Under the pieces are notes generated by a model. It was not told where the DNA came from. It saw nothing but the letters and a program-made list of their open reading frames with translations, and did not search any database. The position numbers and the translations under genes are program-made. From Adineta vaga (lineage: Eukaryota > Animalia > Rotifera), in contig CP075494.1 in the NCBI GenBank assembly GCA_021613535.1, positions 16,492,001-16,556,000 on the forward strand: a stretch of 64,000 nucleotides of DNA, in the 5' to 3' direction. Shown here piece by piece: positions 50,081 to 62,922 of the stretch. Numbering within the stretch: the stretch's first letter is position 1; the number at the start of each line of letters is the position of its first letter.

Positions 50081-51796
50081 ATGCTGCACAACTTAGCGTT
50101 TAAACAATTTGTTGCTCTGTTAACAGTGATTGTTTACAGTTTTGTAATTGATAAAACCGCAGCAGTATATATATTCAACAACGCTGACCATGAAATGACG
50201 TTAAAAGAACAAAAGAGTTCAGACTCTTTTGTTGGTCGATCTAAGTATGTAATGTTTTAGTTATAATATTTAGTAGTCTGTCTTTTAACTTCTCTTAAAT
50301 CTAATGTATAAGTAACGTTTGTCTTTTCGACTTGCTCGATTCTCGACTAAATCCAATCTCTGTAACTCCTATTATTTTCTAACAGATTCTATTCCGAACT
50401 AACGTCAAATTCTATTCAATAGTAGCCGACCACCGAAATGAAATCAAGGATAATTTGATTTAAAATCTGCCATTCTTTTTTCGATCATGTCGTTCACATG
50501 GAGTAGGCCATAGTCGATCGTCAATGTCCTTATGATCCATCACTTTCACCTATTCGATTTTCTAAATAATGCTCATACAATATCATTTATTGTTTCATTT
50601 TTTCTTCATGAAGCACTAAAAATGTTGACTGTGGTTCATACAATGCATCATTCTACACCTGCTGCAATGGAGCACTCACTTTGGGACATAATCAATCGTG
50701 TTGTGGTACAACAGCCTACAATGCGTCAATGCATACCTGTTGCAACGGCGTATTCACTTTAGGAAGCCGACAATCGTGTTGTGGCACGACAGCTTACAAC
50801 CCATCAATGTATACCTGTTGTAATGGAGCACTCATATTGGACAAAGGATTATCATGTTGTGGCGCAACGGTGTACAATTCATCAATGTACACGTGCTGCA
50901 ATGGCGAAGTCAATAGCAGAAGCAATCAAAAGTGTTGTGGTTCAAAAGTCTATAATCCGTCATCTTACACCTGCTGTAACGGTACACTCACTAGTGGAAG
51001 CTATCAAGAGTGTTGTGGAACCAAAGGTTACTATCCGTCATTGTCTACTTGTTGCGACGGCGAACTTACTAGCGGAGGTAATCAAAAATGTTGTGGTACC
51101 GAATCCTATAATCCATTGTCCTCCACTTGCTGCAATGGCATACTCAACAATGGGGCTCGTCAAGAATGTTGTGGTACGAAAACTTATAATCCATCCTCTC
51201 ATACTTGCTGCAATGGCGAAGTCGTAAGCGGAAGCAATGAAAAATGTTGTGGTACAAAAGCCTATAATCCATCATCTTCTACATGTTGCAATGGTGAACT
51301 TAATAGTGGAGGTTATCTAGAATGTTGCGGCTCTAAAGGTTTTTCTAAATCATCCTCTACTTGCTGTAATGGTACACTCACCAGTGGAGGTTACCTTGAA
51401 TGTTGTGGCTCTAAAGGTTTTTCTAAATCATCCTCTACTTGCTGTAATGGTACACTCACCAGTGGAGGTTACCTTGAATGTTGTGGCTCTAAAGGTTATT
51501 CTAAATCATCCTCTACTTGCTGTAATGGTGAACTCACCAGTGGAGGTTATTTAGAATGTTGTGGCTCTAAAGGTTTTTCTAAATCATCCTCTACTTGCTG
51601 TAATGGTACACTCACCGCTGGAGGTTATCTAGAATGTTGTGGCTTCAAAGGTTACTCACGATCGTCTTCCACTTGCTGTAATAGTACAGTTAACAGTGGA
51701 GCTTATCAAGATTGTTGTGGTACCAAAAGCTACTCTAAATCGTTCTCCACTTGTTGCAATGGTGAAGTCCTTCGCGGAAATGCTTTAAAATGTTAA
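50081..51796 (+). CDS. Secreted di-cysteine repeat (galaxin-like) protein, ~448 aa
   Basis: Exon 1 (50081-50244) has the signal-like MLHNLAFKQFVALLTVIVYSFVI. A phase-2 join to 50614 is followed by about 14 repeats of the 26-aa unit CCGxxxYxxxxxTCCNGxLxxGxxxx. Intermediate exons cannot be excluded. Confidence 0.8.
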
Positions 51797-52232
51797 AAAT
51801 AAACCGTTATACGCAACCTCACGAATGAACGACTCTAACAATAAGATCATACAACCTTTACTTTTTCAATCTTTTCCTTTCTAACAATTCATACCCATCA
51901 ATTATTCGGTTTAATCGTGCCTGTTCTTCATTTTTTGTTCAGGATTGATTTTTCACTTTTCCTGGTATTATTTATTAGTTTCTTCTCTTTATCAATGAAT
52001 CTTTTACTCAGTTAGTTTCATTTTAAGACATTTTTTGTGGATTATTTTGCTCTCTGCAGAATTTTATTGTTAACGTTAATTCCAAAATAAAGTACTGGAC
52101 TTTGTCATCATGATAATGTTCTTGTTTTCAGCTGACTCAGATATGTATTTATTTCTCAAAAGGAAAAAGGAATCGAATCTATTCATTTAACGTTATCATT
52201 AGAACTCGATTCAATTAGTCCTAGTCCAGGTC

Positions 52233-52283
52233 GGGTGTGGGTGGGGTGAGAAAGAGATCGACACCCACACCTATACCCACCCT
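52233..52283. repeat. Telomere-hexamer-like inverted repeat element
   Basis: GGGTGTGGGTGGGGTGAG...ACACCCACACCTATACCCACCCT. Confidence 0.7.
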
Positions 52284-52495
52284 AAAACTATTCGTATTCA
52301 TCGTACTCTTATTTTTTCAATAGCTGTGATATTGAGCGAAAAGCCCTATACTACTCCATAACTTTAATACTCAACATCTCAGGAAAGAAGGGCCATGGGC
52401 ACGAATCCGTTTAGGTTTGTTCTAGTCTAGAGGTACCCTTTATGTCCCCGAAGTATGAACTCTAAAGCCGTTAATCACTTGGGGCGGTTCCCTTG

Positions 52496-52657
52496 TTAGC
52501 TGTAACTTACAATAATATTGGTAATGTTCATCGAGTGAATAATGATATTGAATTAGCAAAGAATAATTTTCAATTAGCATTGAAAATTGCTTTACAATCT
52601 CTACCAGAAGATCATCCATCTGTTCAAATCTATCAAGAGCAGTTACTATCATTATAA
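52496..52657 (+). pseudogene. C-terminal TPR gene fragment
   Basis: LAVTYNNIGNVHRVNNDIELAKNNFQLALKIALQSLPEDHPSVQIYQEQLLSL*, the same repeat type as the TPRs in the 54798 gene. Confidence 0.7.
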
Positions 52658-52763
52658 CTTTCTGATTATTTTCTAAATCTTCCGAGAAAAATGATAGAAA
52701 AGTTCTTAAACTCATCTAAACGGATGCGTGAGCTGAATTGTGATACCCCTATTCGTTACTATA

Positions 52764-52812
52764 TGGGTGTGTGAGGGTGAACACAAGAGACCCTCACCCA
52801 CACTCTTTGATG
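52764..52812. repeat. Telomere-hexamer-like inverted repeat element
   Basis: TGGGTGTGTGAGGGTGA...ACCCTCACCCACACTCTTTGATG, within 90 nt of the NHL gene stop. Confidence 0.7.
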
Positions 52813-52898
52813 TTATTTCGTAGATAATTATGACAAATTGAGAAAAACTATAAATCTACACTCTCAATCTAGAATATATAGTTGAATCATGTAGTGAT

Positions 52899-54335
52899 CT
52901 ATCCTTTACGAAAAGAAGGTCTTCGAAAAGACGAAGATTTTGTTAGATCAACAGAAGAATCTTGCCAAGTTTTATGATTTTGATCTTGATACGCATCAAT
53001 ATCGAATGGTCGTCGATTGTGTTCGAATCCGGGTTGGGGAAAAAACGTGTCATCAATTGGTGACTGTTTTTCATTTGGAATATCATCATTATCAGAGTTT
53101 TTCTGATCATTATAATTGATCTGATTATGCCATTGTGATACATTTCTTTGTGTTGAGAGTATTGTGGATTTTGTAGATGATGTTGAATGCGATGATATAT
53201 AATGATATCTATATAATGAACTATCATAATTATTGATTGTTATTTGAAATTTTTGAACTCGTTGATTGTTTGAATCGAGTACCAATAGATTATTATTAGA
53301 ATCAAATTGAATTTTGTTTGGTTTATTCAATTGATTTTCGTCATTTCCTGGTTCATTGGTAATCCCTGCAACTGCTTTTATATGAAATGGTTTATCAATT
53401 TGTATTTGCAATATTCGATGACGTTTACTATCAGCAATATAAATATAGATTATTCCTAATAAATTATCTTCACGAGTGATGACACTTATTGGACCTTTGA
53501 TAATATCTTTTCCTATTTGACGAATTAAGAAACCATTTGATTGAAATTGTTTTACAGAGTTTTCTAAATAACTTGTCACATAAATATCACCAGTTCTTTC
53601 ATGAATATAAATTCCACTTGGTGCATATGTTCGGATAAGTAATTGTCCTGATGGAGCATCTGGTGACCATTTTGTAATACGATGATTTACAAGTTCCGAA
53701 ATATAAATATTTGATTTCTTATCAACATAAATACTCGAACAATTATCGAGTTGATTGAAATGACTTCCACGACCAAATTGGCCAATTATTATCATTCCAT
53801 ATTCACTACCCACAGGCCACTTAACAATACGATTATTTCCATTATCTGCTATGTATAGATTTTCTTCACTATCGACAAATATTGCCGTAGGATAATTCAA
53901 TTGATTTGTCTGATTTCCTTGTCCATTCCCACCAGCTACAATATCACCTTCAAGAGCATTTTCAGTCCATTTCATAATTCGATGATTTAACGAATCAGCA
54001 ATATATATATTATTCATCTTATCGACAAACATATCATTGGGCTCTGCTAATTGATCTATTGCAGTTCCTTGACCATTTCCACCAGCTACAGTTTGTGCTC
54101 GTTTTGACCAAGTGATCAGTGAATAAATATTAGTAGGACGTTTTTGTAACGGTGTTGAAGTTTGTCGAGGTACGTTTTTTGAACTATATTCATTTTTATC
54201 AAAAAATGAAATTATAACCATTAAAAAACATATAAGAGATAGCCACATCAGTATTATTATTATAATGTTTTTAACGGTTGATTTTGAATGTCTTTTTATA
54301 TTTACTGTTGTTGTTGTTGTTTCCACTTCGATCAT
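52899..54335 (-). CDS. Type II membrane NHL-repeat beta-propeller protein with low-complexity C-terminal tail
   Basis: TM IIIIILMWLSLICFLMVIISFF; repeats TVAGGNGQG..QL..P..VD....IYIAD..NHRI.KW; ...NQRVQKF. An upstream exon is possible. Confidence 0.9.
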   Translation of the reverse strand: MIEVETTTTTVNIKRHSKSTVKNIIIIILMWLSLICFLMVIISFFDKNEYSSKNVPRQTSTPLQKRPTNIYSLITWSKRAQTVAGGNGQGTAIDQLAEPNDMFVDKMNNIYIADSLNHRIMKWTENALEGDIVAGGNGQGNQTNQLNYPTAIFVDSEENLYIADNGNNRIVKWPVGSEYGMIIIGQFGRGSHFNQLDNCSSIYVDKKSNIYISELVNHRITKWSPDAPSGQLLIRTYAPSGIYIHERTGDIYVTSYLENSVKQFQSNGFLIRQIGKDIIKGPISVITREDNLLGIIYIYIADSKRHRILQIQIDKPFHIKAVAGITNEPGNDENQLNKPNKIQFDSNNNLLVLDSNNQRVQKFQITINNYDSSLYRYHYISSHSTSSTKSTILSTQRNVSQWHNQINYNDQKNSDNDDIPNEKQSPIDDTFFPQPGFEHNRRPFDIDAYQDQNHKTWQDSSVDLTKSSSFRRPSFRKG

Positions 54336-54797
54336 AGTTTTCAATTTTATCTGAAAAGGGACATATGGTCTAGTTTTATATCATATTTATGATATACTAT
54401 AGTTATTAATTCTTCAGCAAACTAATATGATTAAAATCAATCTGTCGATAAAAAAAAAGGAAGGAAGAAAGAAAAAGAAAACAACACAATTGATAAAAAA
54501 ATCAAATTTGATCTTATCGATCTCTCTATATCATATATCCAACTCAACGAGAATAATTCTGTTTATTCGAGTTGAAACAGAAGCGAATATTAAATTGTGT
54601 CATAAAAACAAGAGAAGCAGAAAAAATGTTATCGAGAAAAAAACATTCTTTTCAGTGTATATAGTAGAGTATGATCGATAACAGACCTTTTTTACCAAGA
54701 GAGAGAGAGAGGGGAAGTATATTTTCATTAATGATAGAAAAAAAGTGTTTATCTATTGCTCTTTTATATGTTCTATATAGATATATATTTCATAATA

Positions 54798-56860
54798 ATG
54801 GGAGCAAAGTTATGCAAGAAAAACAAGAAAAATTCAGAGACATTTTTATTAATTTGGCTTGATGCTACAGTAAATAATTCAAAAGAAAATATCAATGCTC
54901 AACAACAACTTCGAAAAATAGTCAATTGTATGAAAATATTTACAGACGAAATTCAATTTGATCAATATATACGAACTGTAGTCGAAGATGATGAAATTAT
55001 TTTGATTATTAGTGGACATTTTGGTTATAGAATTGTACCTCGTATTCATCAATTTCGACAAATCTTATCGATCTATGTTTATTGTAATGATAAAATTCAA
55101 AATGAACAATGGAGTAAAGAGTTTATCAAAGTATAATCAATTATTCGAATTTTTAAGTTGAAAAAAATCTAATTATTTTATTTTAGGTGAAAAAAGTAAT
55201 TGTACAATTGAATGAACTTCTAAATGAAATTCAATCTGAATATGAAAAATGGATTTATAATCAAAGAAATAAATCATTAGCAATTTGTATTTTTAATACT
55301 TTATCAAATGTTCATGAACAATCAACAATTGATCTTAATGGACAATTTTTATATTCACAATTATTAATGGAATGTCTTATTCGAATGGAATCAACAATAA
55401 TAAATAAAAATGAATTGATTTCATTATGTAAATTACAATATAAAGGAAATAAAATTGAAATGAAAAATATTAATGAATTTCAACAAGATTATATTGCTGA
55501 TCAAGCTATTAAATGGTATACAAGACCATCATTTCTCTATCAAATTCTTAATCGAGCTCTTCGTACACAAAATATTGATTTACTTTTCTATTTTCGTTTT
55601 TTCATTTGTGATATTGAACAACAACTCAAACAACATCAATGTTCATCATTTGTTCGTCTTTATCGAGGTCAATTAATATCAATTAATGAATTTAAATCTT
55701 TACAAAATTCTATTAATAAATTTATTTCAATAAATTCATTTTTTTCGACAACACTTAATCGTGATGTTGCACTTTTCTTTCTTGGTGATCCTGATGATAC
55801 AAATAAAAATTATCAACGTATTTTATTTGAAATTGATGCTGATCCAAATATTGAAGGTATTAAACCATTTGCTAATATAACTTTATTAAGTTATTATCCA
55901 GATGAAGAAGAAGTTCTTCTTATGATTGGTTCAATTTTTCGATTGATTCATATGGATTATTATGAAGATAAGAAAATATGGATTATTCAGATGAAATTAT
56001 GTAGTGATAATGATTATGATTTAAAATCGATGATGAATTATATGAAAAATGATATTTTTAATGTTAATGAAACTGGTATCGGTCAATTTGGTAATATTCT
56101 TCAATCAATGGGGAAATATGATGATGCTGAAAAATATTATCATCGTTTATTAAAAGAACAATCATATGATCATCAAACTATTGCTAGTTGTTATTGGGGA
56201 CTTGGAATTGTTGCTTTTAATAAAGGTCAATTTAATCAAAGTCTTTCTTGTCATAAATATTCATTAAAAATTTATCAAGAAATTTTACCTTCAAATCATC
56301 GTTATCTCGCTGATAATCGTAATTGTATTGGTTCAGTTTATAAAAGTAAAGGTCAATGGAAAAAAGCATTGAAATTTTATCAAGAAACTTTGATAATTTA
56401 TCAACAAATACTTGGAGAAAATCATTCTGATATTGCCATGTGTTTTGCTAATATAGGTAATATTTATCAAGAACAAAAGAGATATTCTCAAGCACTTGAA
56501 TATCATCAAAAAGCATTTCTTATATGGAAAAATTCCTTACCATCTGGTCATCATTATTTTGGTTGTACACATAATAATATTGCTAATATTTATTATTTAC
56601 TTGATGATTATAATCTTGCATTACAACATTATAATGAATCATTGAAAATTAAATCTCGTTCACTTCCTCAACAACATCCTTCTATTGCAAGTACAATGAA
56701 AAATATTGGGGATACGTATGAAAATATGAGTCAATGGCAATTAGCATTAACATATTTTAAACAAGCTGCTAATATTTATTGTCAGACATTACCTTCTAAT
56801 CATCCATATATTATTGGTATTCAAAATGATATTCGACGAATATCTTCTCGATGTAAATAA
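54798..56860 (+). CDS. R-S-E type ADP-ribosyltransferase domain + TPR protein, ~668 aa
   Basis: Exon 1 (54798-55130) starts MGAKLCKK and contains LIWLD; intron 55131-55186. ART motifs: WYT, LNRALR, LYRGQ, NSFFSTT, PDEEEVLL. C-terminal TPRs such as HSDIAMCFANIGNIY. Confidence 0.9.
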
Positions 56861-57097
56861 ATCAATCATTTTCATTCTTAATTGTTCAAATAATGAAGAT
56901 AGTTAGTGTGTGAGATCTATATTTTGAAATATTCTTCATAATATGTGTTTATTTACTAATTGAATGGTAAAATAAAGAGTTAACAATCACTGTGCGCTAA
57001 TTTTTACAAACTTAAATGAAAATTCTTGTTCGATTGTTCTCTCTTGAGTGACTATATACAAGAAATTTGCGAAAACATGAGATATGAACAGAAAAAA

Positions 57098-57173
57098 AGG
57101 GTAGATGTGGATGTGGTAAGCTTATAGATATTCCTCATTCATACACCTTCACCCCGACCCACTCACACCCTTT
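57098..57173. repeat. Telomere-hexamer-like inverted repeat element (diverged)
   Basis: AGGGTAGATGTGGATGTGG...CACCCCGACCCACTCACACCCTTT. Confidence 0.6.
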
Positions 57174-57606
57174 ATCGTATATTATAAACTGGTAAAAACC
57201 ATAAGAAGAAAAACATGACATCTATAGAATGATTGTAATCGACAGAAAAGGACGAAAAAAAAATCACGTGTTCAAAGATAAATATCGGAATATAATGTTA
57301 AAATATTCTCTTTATCGTTATCCTACACTTAATATTGTTGATATGATGAACAAAACTTAATTTTTTATAATTTATTATGATTATGAAAAGAATCTTGCTC
57401 GATAGAAAATACGTTGAAATATAATTTTACTGTCAATAGTTTGAGAAATAAAATTACTAAATGTAATTAAATACATATCCATTAATGCTTTCTGTTTTAC
57501 GCATTTCCTTATTTACAAAAGAATAAAAAAAATCTGTCGAAGTAATGTTATCATAGATTTATCTCTCGACTTAAAATACAACATTGTATAAAATAAGTAT
57601 TGAAAA

Positions 57607-60600
57607 ATGAAAGAATTTTTTCTTATTTTTAAATTTATACTATTTTTTTTATCATCGAAATGTTCATATTATTTATATCATAGTCAGTATTCTATATCAA
57701 ATAATGATCATGATTGTTTCTATTATTTTGAAAATAGTTTTAATAATTTATCTCATCATCTTATTCCATATTGTATTCGTCATAGTTCAATACATACTAA
57801 GAATCAATGTTTTGGAAATGAATTTACTTTTGATCAACTTCGTTTGATGAATATTACAGGAAAAATTCTATGGGAATGGTTTGCACCCATTGATCTTATT
57901 GATGATTATATGTCATCGTATTATCTTAATCAATCCAATGAACAAATATTTTGTAATTGTACAGATTCTCGATCGTTTGGAAAGTATTGTCAATATCAAT
58001 TCATCTCAGGAGATTATCGAAATTCATTTGATCAAATTATTCGTGAAAAAACAATACAAAATCGATTTGATCAAAATTCTTTATATTTACTTGATGAGAA
58101 AATATCAAGTACATGTTATATATCAATCAATTGTACTACTTATACTGGTATTTGTCTCGATTGGCGAGAAATAGGTGATGGTTTTCTTCATTGTACAAAT
58201 GGTATAGATGAACAATATTTTATAACAATGGAATTAAATGATTGTGATTCAAATACGGAATATCGATGTCGAAATGGTCTCTGTATTCCACGTAATTTTC
58301 TTCTTGATCGAACATTCGATTGTCCAGATTGGTATGATGAACCAAAAGAAAGTAAATGGAATCTAACCAATTCTAAAGAACTCTGTTCTGTTGGATTAAA
58401 AACAGCAGAATGTGAAGAATATAGACTTGGACTTAATTATCAATCGTGTGGCGATGGTCAACATATTACTGTTTTGCATTCATTTGAAACAAATTGTTCG
58501 AATTTTCGTGATATTCTATTAATTAAAAGTCTATTTCGTCCATATTTTAATCAAATGCGTCATGATCAATGCTATTTACCTTTATTATGTCTATGGAATA
58601 TTCTTTGTCTATTTGAATCTTGTCCAAATGGACCAAAACAACGTTGTGAAGAATTAATGTTAAATATTCAACAAAATTTATGTACTACTAAGCTTTTTTT
58701 CTTTCCACCAGGTCCTTTTATATATCCATATGTTCGACTTGCCTATACTTCACGCGTATTGAATGGTAATGTTTATCCTAATTTCATATGTTGGAATAAA
58801 TCAATTTGTAACATATCTCAAAATTCAACTGAACAAATTGATGGTTTTGAATGTATTAATAGTCAATCATTTCATTTTAATATAATGTTTACTGTTGATA
58901 AATTCAATATTTATACAATGATTCGATTTATACTTATGATTCAACGTGTATTTTATGAATGTATTGATCAAGAAACACATATAAATTTATACAATTGTAG
59001 TTTCTTTCGTTTATCAATATCACCATATCGTGTTAATGATGGAGAATATCTTGATTGTTATCCATGGGTAATTAAAAGTGAAGAAGAAAGATATACTGTT
59101 GTTAATTATCAGTTTGCTTGTCATTTACCTGATCGATTTCCGTGTAAAGGTTATCAATGTATTACTCGACGTACAATTGGTGATGATGATATGGATTGTT
59201 TCGAAAGAGAAGGTGAAAGTTCTTATTTAAAATGTATTGATGAATTTAGTTGTCAATATCTACGAGAATTAAATAATTTTCAAAGACAATTAATTGTGTA
59301 TCAAGAAATTTGTGATTCATTTCATTTCTTCGATATGTTTCATATAAATAGGTTAGATAAATCTTATTTATAAGCGTTTTTTTTTGAAAAAAAAATGTTT
59401 CTTTCTAGTGATTCAAATGATACTGATGAAACAGATTGTGAGATGTGGCCATGCGATGCACCTTATACCTATTGCAATGGACGATGGAATCGAGCAAATG
59501 GATGTGATGAAATAAATTGTCCTGGAATGGCAAAAACGATCTGTGCAAATAATGAACATCCTTGTATTTATTTCAATACAACAATCATCAGTTGTTTACC
59601 ATTAATAAATATTAATGATGGTCATTTGGATTGTCTTTTAGGTGTTGATGAACCTGCAATGTTCTTTCAACAAGAAACAAGTATTACATGTAATATAGAA
59701 TTATTAGCATTATACAGATATCGTTATTATAAACTTCCATGTTGGAATCATTCGAATATCAACATTCGATCACAACAGATTTGTAATGGTCAAAATGATT
59801 GTCCATTGGGTGATGATGAATGGATTTGTGATTGGCATCAATATTCATCGTGTGATAAAATTAAAGAATTTACATGTAAAAATGGTACATGTATTTCTCG
59901 AATTAATCAATGGTGTAATGGTATTATTGATTGTTTTCCAGAAGGTGAAGATGAACGATTTTGTCATATGTTTAAAACAGAATGTATTCCAGATAATAGT
60001 TTACGAAGAGAACCTTATATATCATTTCTCTACGATCATTTCATTAATTCTAATCGTCAATTATTGATGAGTATAAGTCAAGTTTATTGTCATCATGGTA
60101 TTAATATTTTTAATAAAATTAATAATATTGAAGAATGTTTATGTCCTCCCAGTTATTATGGTATTCATTGTGAATTACAAAGTGAACGTTTAACCATTTT
60201 CTATCGTATTGATGTTCCACCGACATTTAATCGGAAATCATTACATTGGCTTGTTTTCTATTTATTGGATGATAATAATCAAGTTTTAACTTATGAAACA
60301 ATGATTCATACAGTTTTTAATGAGAATTTAATGAATAAACAATTGATCTATCTCAATTATCCTCGATTTCTACAAGGATATTCATCATATAACAAAAAAT
60401 TTGTTCGTATAGATGCTTATCGCGTTACAAACACTTCGATCGAGCCAACCATTTTGTCTTGGTATTATTTTATACAATTTTCAGCATTTTTACCTGTTAC
60501 TCGTCTGTCCATATTACTTAATCTAGTTGAACCATCACATAATCAAATGCTTATGTGTCAAATGTTTGGTCCATGTCAACATGGAACTTGTCAGATATTT

Positions 60601-62496
60601 GTCAATACAGGGACTCCATTTTGTCGTTGTCATAATGGGTGGTTTGGAAATTTATGTGAACATAAACGTACAATAGATTTATGTCAAAACCTTAATTGTA
60701 GTCGTACATTTTCCAGATGTGTAATACAAAATAATCATGCATTTTGTCTTTGTACTCTTGGTCGTATGGGTCCTAAATGTGAAGTATTATTTGATGTTTG
60801 TTCATCAATTTATTGTCAAAATAATGGTACATGTATATCAATTGATCAAAAAAGTATTCCACAAGTTTGTATGTGTTCAATATCTTATTTTGGAAATCTT
60901 TGTCAGCATACAACTGCACAATTACAAATACAAATTCCATTTAATATATCATACATTCCGATGATGATAACACATTTTCTATACACTCCCTCAACGGTTC
61001 CTGGTGTTTTGCTTCATCAAGATTTTTTCTTTCATCGAAATTTACATTCTAATACTCAATTAATTATTTATAATTACAATCATATAAATTTACCTCCAAT
61101 TATTATTACACAAATCTTTTTTGATTCAATTTCTCCATATGGAAATTACTATCTTCTCTCTTTAACAAATACGAATCGAAGTAAATTAATTATTACATTA
61201 CAAGAAATACAACATTGTTCAAATGCTAATCTATATCTCAATGCTACATTAATTCATCAATCATGGTTAAAACGTATTAAATTCTATCCTTTATCTATGA
61301 AACATCTTCAATGTTTTTATGATGAAGCTTATATGTGTTTAGTAGATACAAAAGGTTTTCCTCATTGTTTAATTTTTAATCATCATGTTACTAATTGTAC
61401 TAAACGGAATCTATGTGAACATAATGGAAGATGTTTACAGAGTAAAAGTTTAGGTCGATTAGAATATGTTTGTCTATGTCCTCAATGTACAAGTGGTGAT
61501 TTTTGTCAAATTTTAATGAATGAATATTCAATTACTCTTGATTCAATGTTAGGACCAATAATTTCTACTAATATTTCACTTCATAAACAATCAATAACAA
61601 TTAAAATATTACTTATTATTATTTCATTGATGTTTATAATTGGATTTATTTCAAATATATGTTCATTTCTTGTTTTTCGTCATCAAGATATTCAACAAAT
61701 TGGTTGTGGTTATTATCTTAAGATTTTATCGATTATTAATCAAATAACAATTATTATATTTGTAATTCGAATAATTTATTTAATCTATAGTCAAATAATG
61801 ATTATTCACAATATGAAAATCTTGAATATAACATGTTATTTATTTGATTTTATTCTTCAATCAAGTATTTCATTCTGTGATTGGCTTCATACATGTATTG
61901 CTTGTGAACGTACTATTACTGCAATGAAAGGTACTCAGTTTAATAAAGGTTTAAGTGTACGAATGGTTAAATTTATTATTCCAACATTATTATTCCAAGT
62001 TATTCTTACATCTATTCATCATGTCTTTAATCATATCTTAATTCAAGATCCTCGATCAAATATTCGTTTTTGGTGTGTAATTAAACATCGTCAATCATGG
62101 CTTCGTATTTATGAAATATGTATCAGTATATTTAATAATGTAATTCCACTTTGTATTAATTTTATTTGTGGAATCGTTTTATTGATATCACTTTCAATTA
62201 AACATAGACGAGTTTCGCCTAAAAAACGATATCGAACAATTTTCATGTCAAATATGAGATTACATAAGGATCTTTTGATTGCACCATTAATAATGATTAT
62301 GACTAAATTACCATTATTAATTATATCACTTTCGGTCAAATGTCTCCAACAACAATGGCAAATCTATTTATCACTCTTTGCTTATTGTCTTTCATTAATG
62401 CCAATGATTAGTACATTTTTTACTTTTGTTTGGCCTTCAAATTCTTATATGAGAAAATTTCAAGAACAACTTTCATGTTTTAAATCATCAAAATAA
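57607..62496 (+). CDS. LDLa/EGF ectodomain rhodopsin-like GPCR, ~1610 aa, one intron
   Basis: The two ORFs join through a phase-2 intron 59352-59408 (AG|GTTAGA...TTCTAG|T). Motifs CLDWREIGDG, CLCPPSYYGIHC, 7TM with TCIACERT, and FTFVWPSNSY. Confidence 0.9.
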
Positions 62497-62922
62497 AGAC
62501 AATGAACTTATATCTTCATCTTCACCCTCAATTCCTTGTTATTTATTCATATTTTATCATTTTATTCAAATAAGTATTGATTTATCAATGACATTAAATT
62601 TCTGTCGATATGAATATTATCATTTCTTTTAACCCTAGTAGTGCCGGCCTATTCTATAAGCATTATTTTGACAACATATGTTTTTATAAACCTTTTTCTT
62701 TTCTTTTTTTACATTAGTTTCTTGATGTAATATGCTATATATGTATTCGCTTTCATGGAAAATAGAAAAATGAATATCATTTCCTTTATTTCAAACAAGT
62801 CATCTAAAAAACATAAAATGAAAAAAGTCAAGTAATACACCACTGATATGTTTGATCTACAATAGTATCGATTATCTATTACCATCATTGGATAGCTTAA
62901 CACCACTCAAAAATATTTTGAA

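Noticed and set aside
51300-51650. Regular 78-bp repeats as a CRISPR array
   Set aside because: In-frame coding tandem repeats without unique spacers, in a eukaryotic context with no cas genes.
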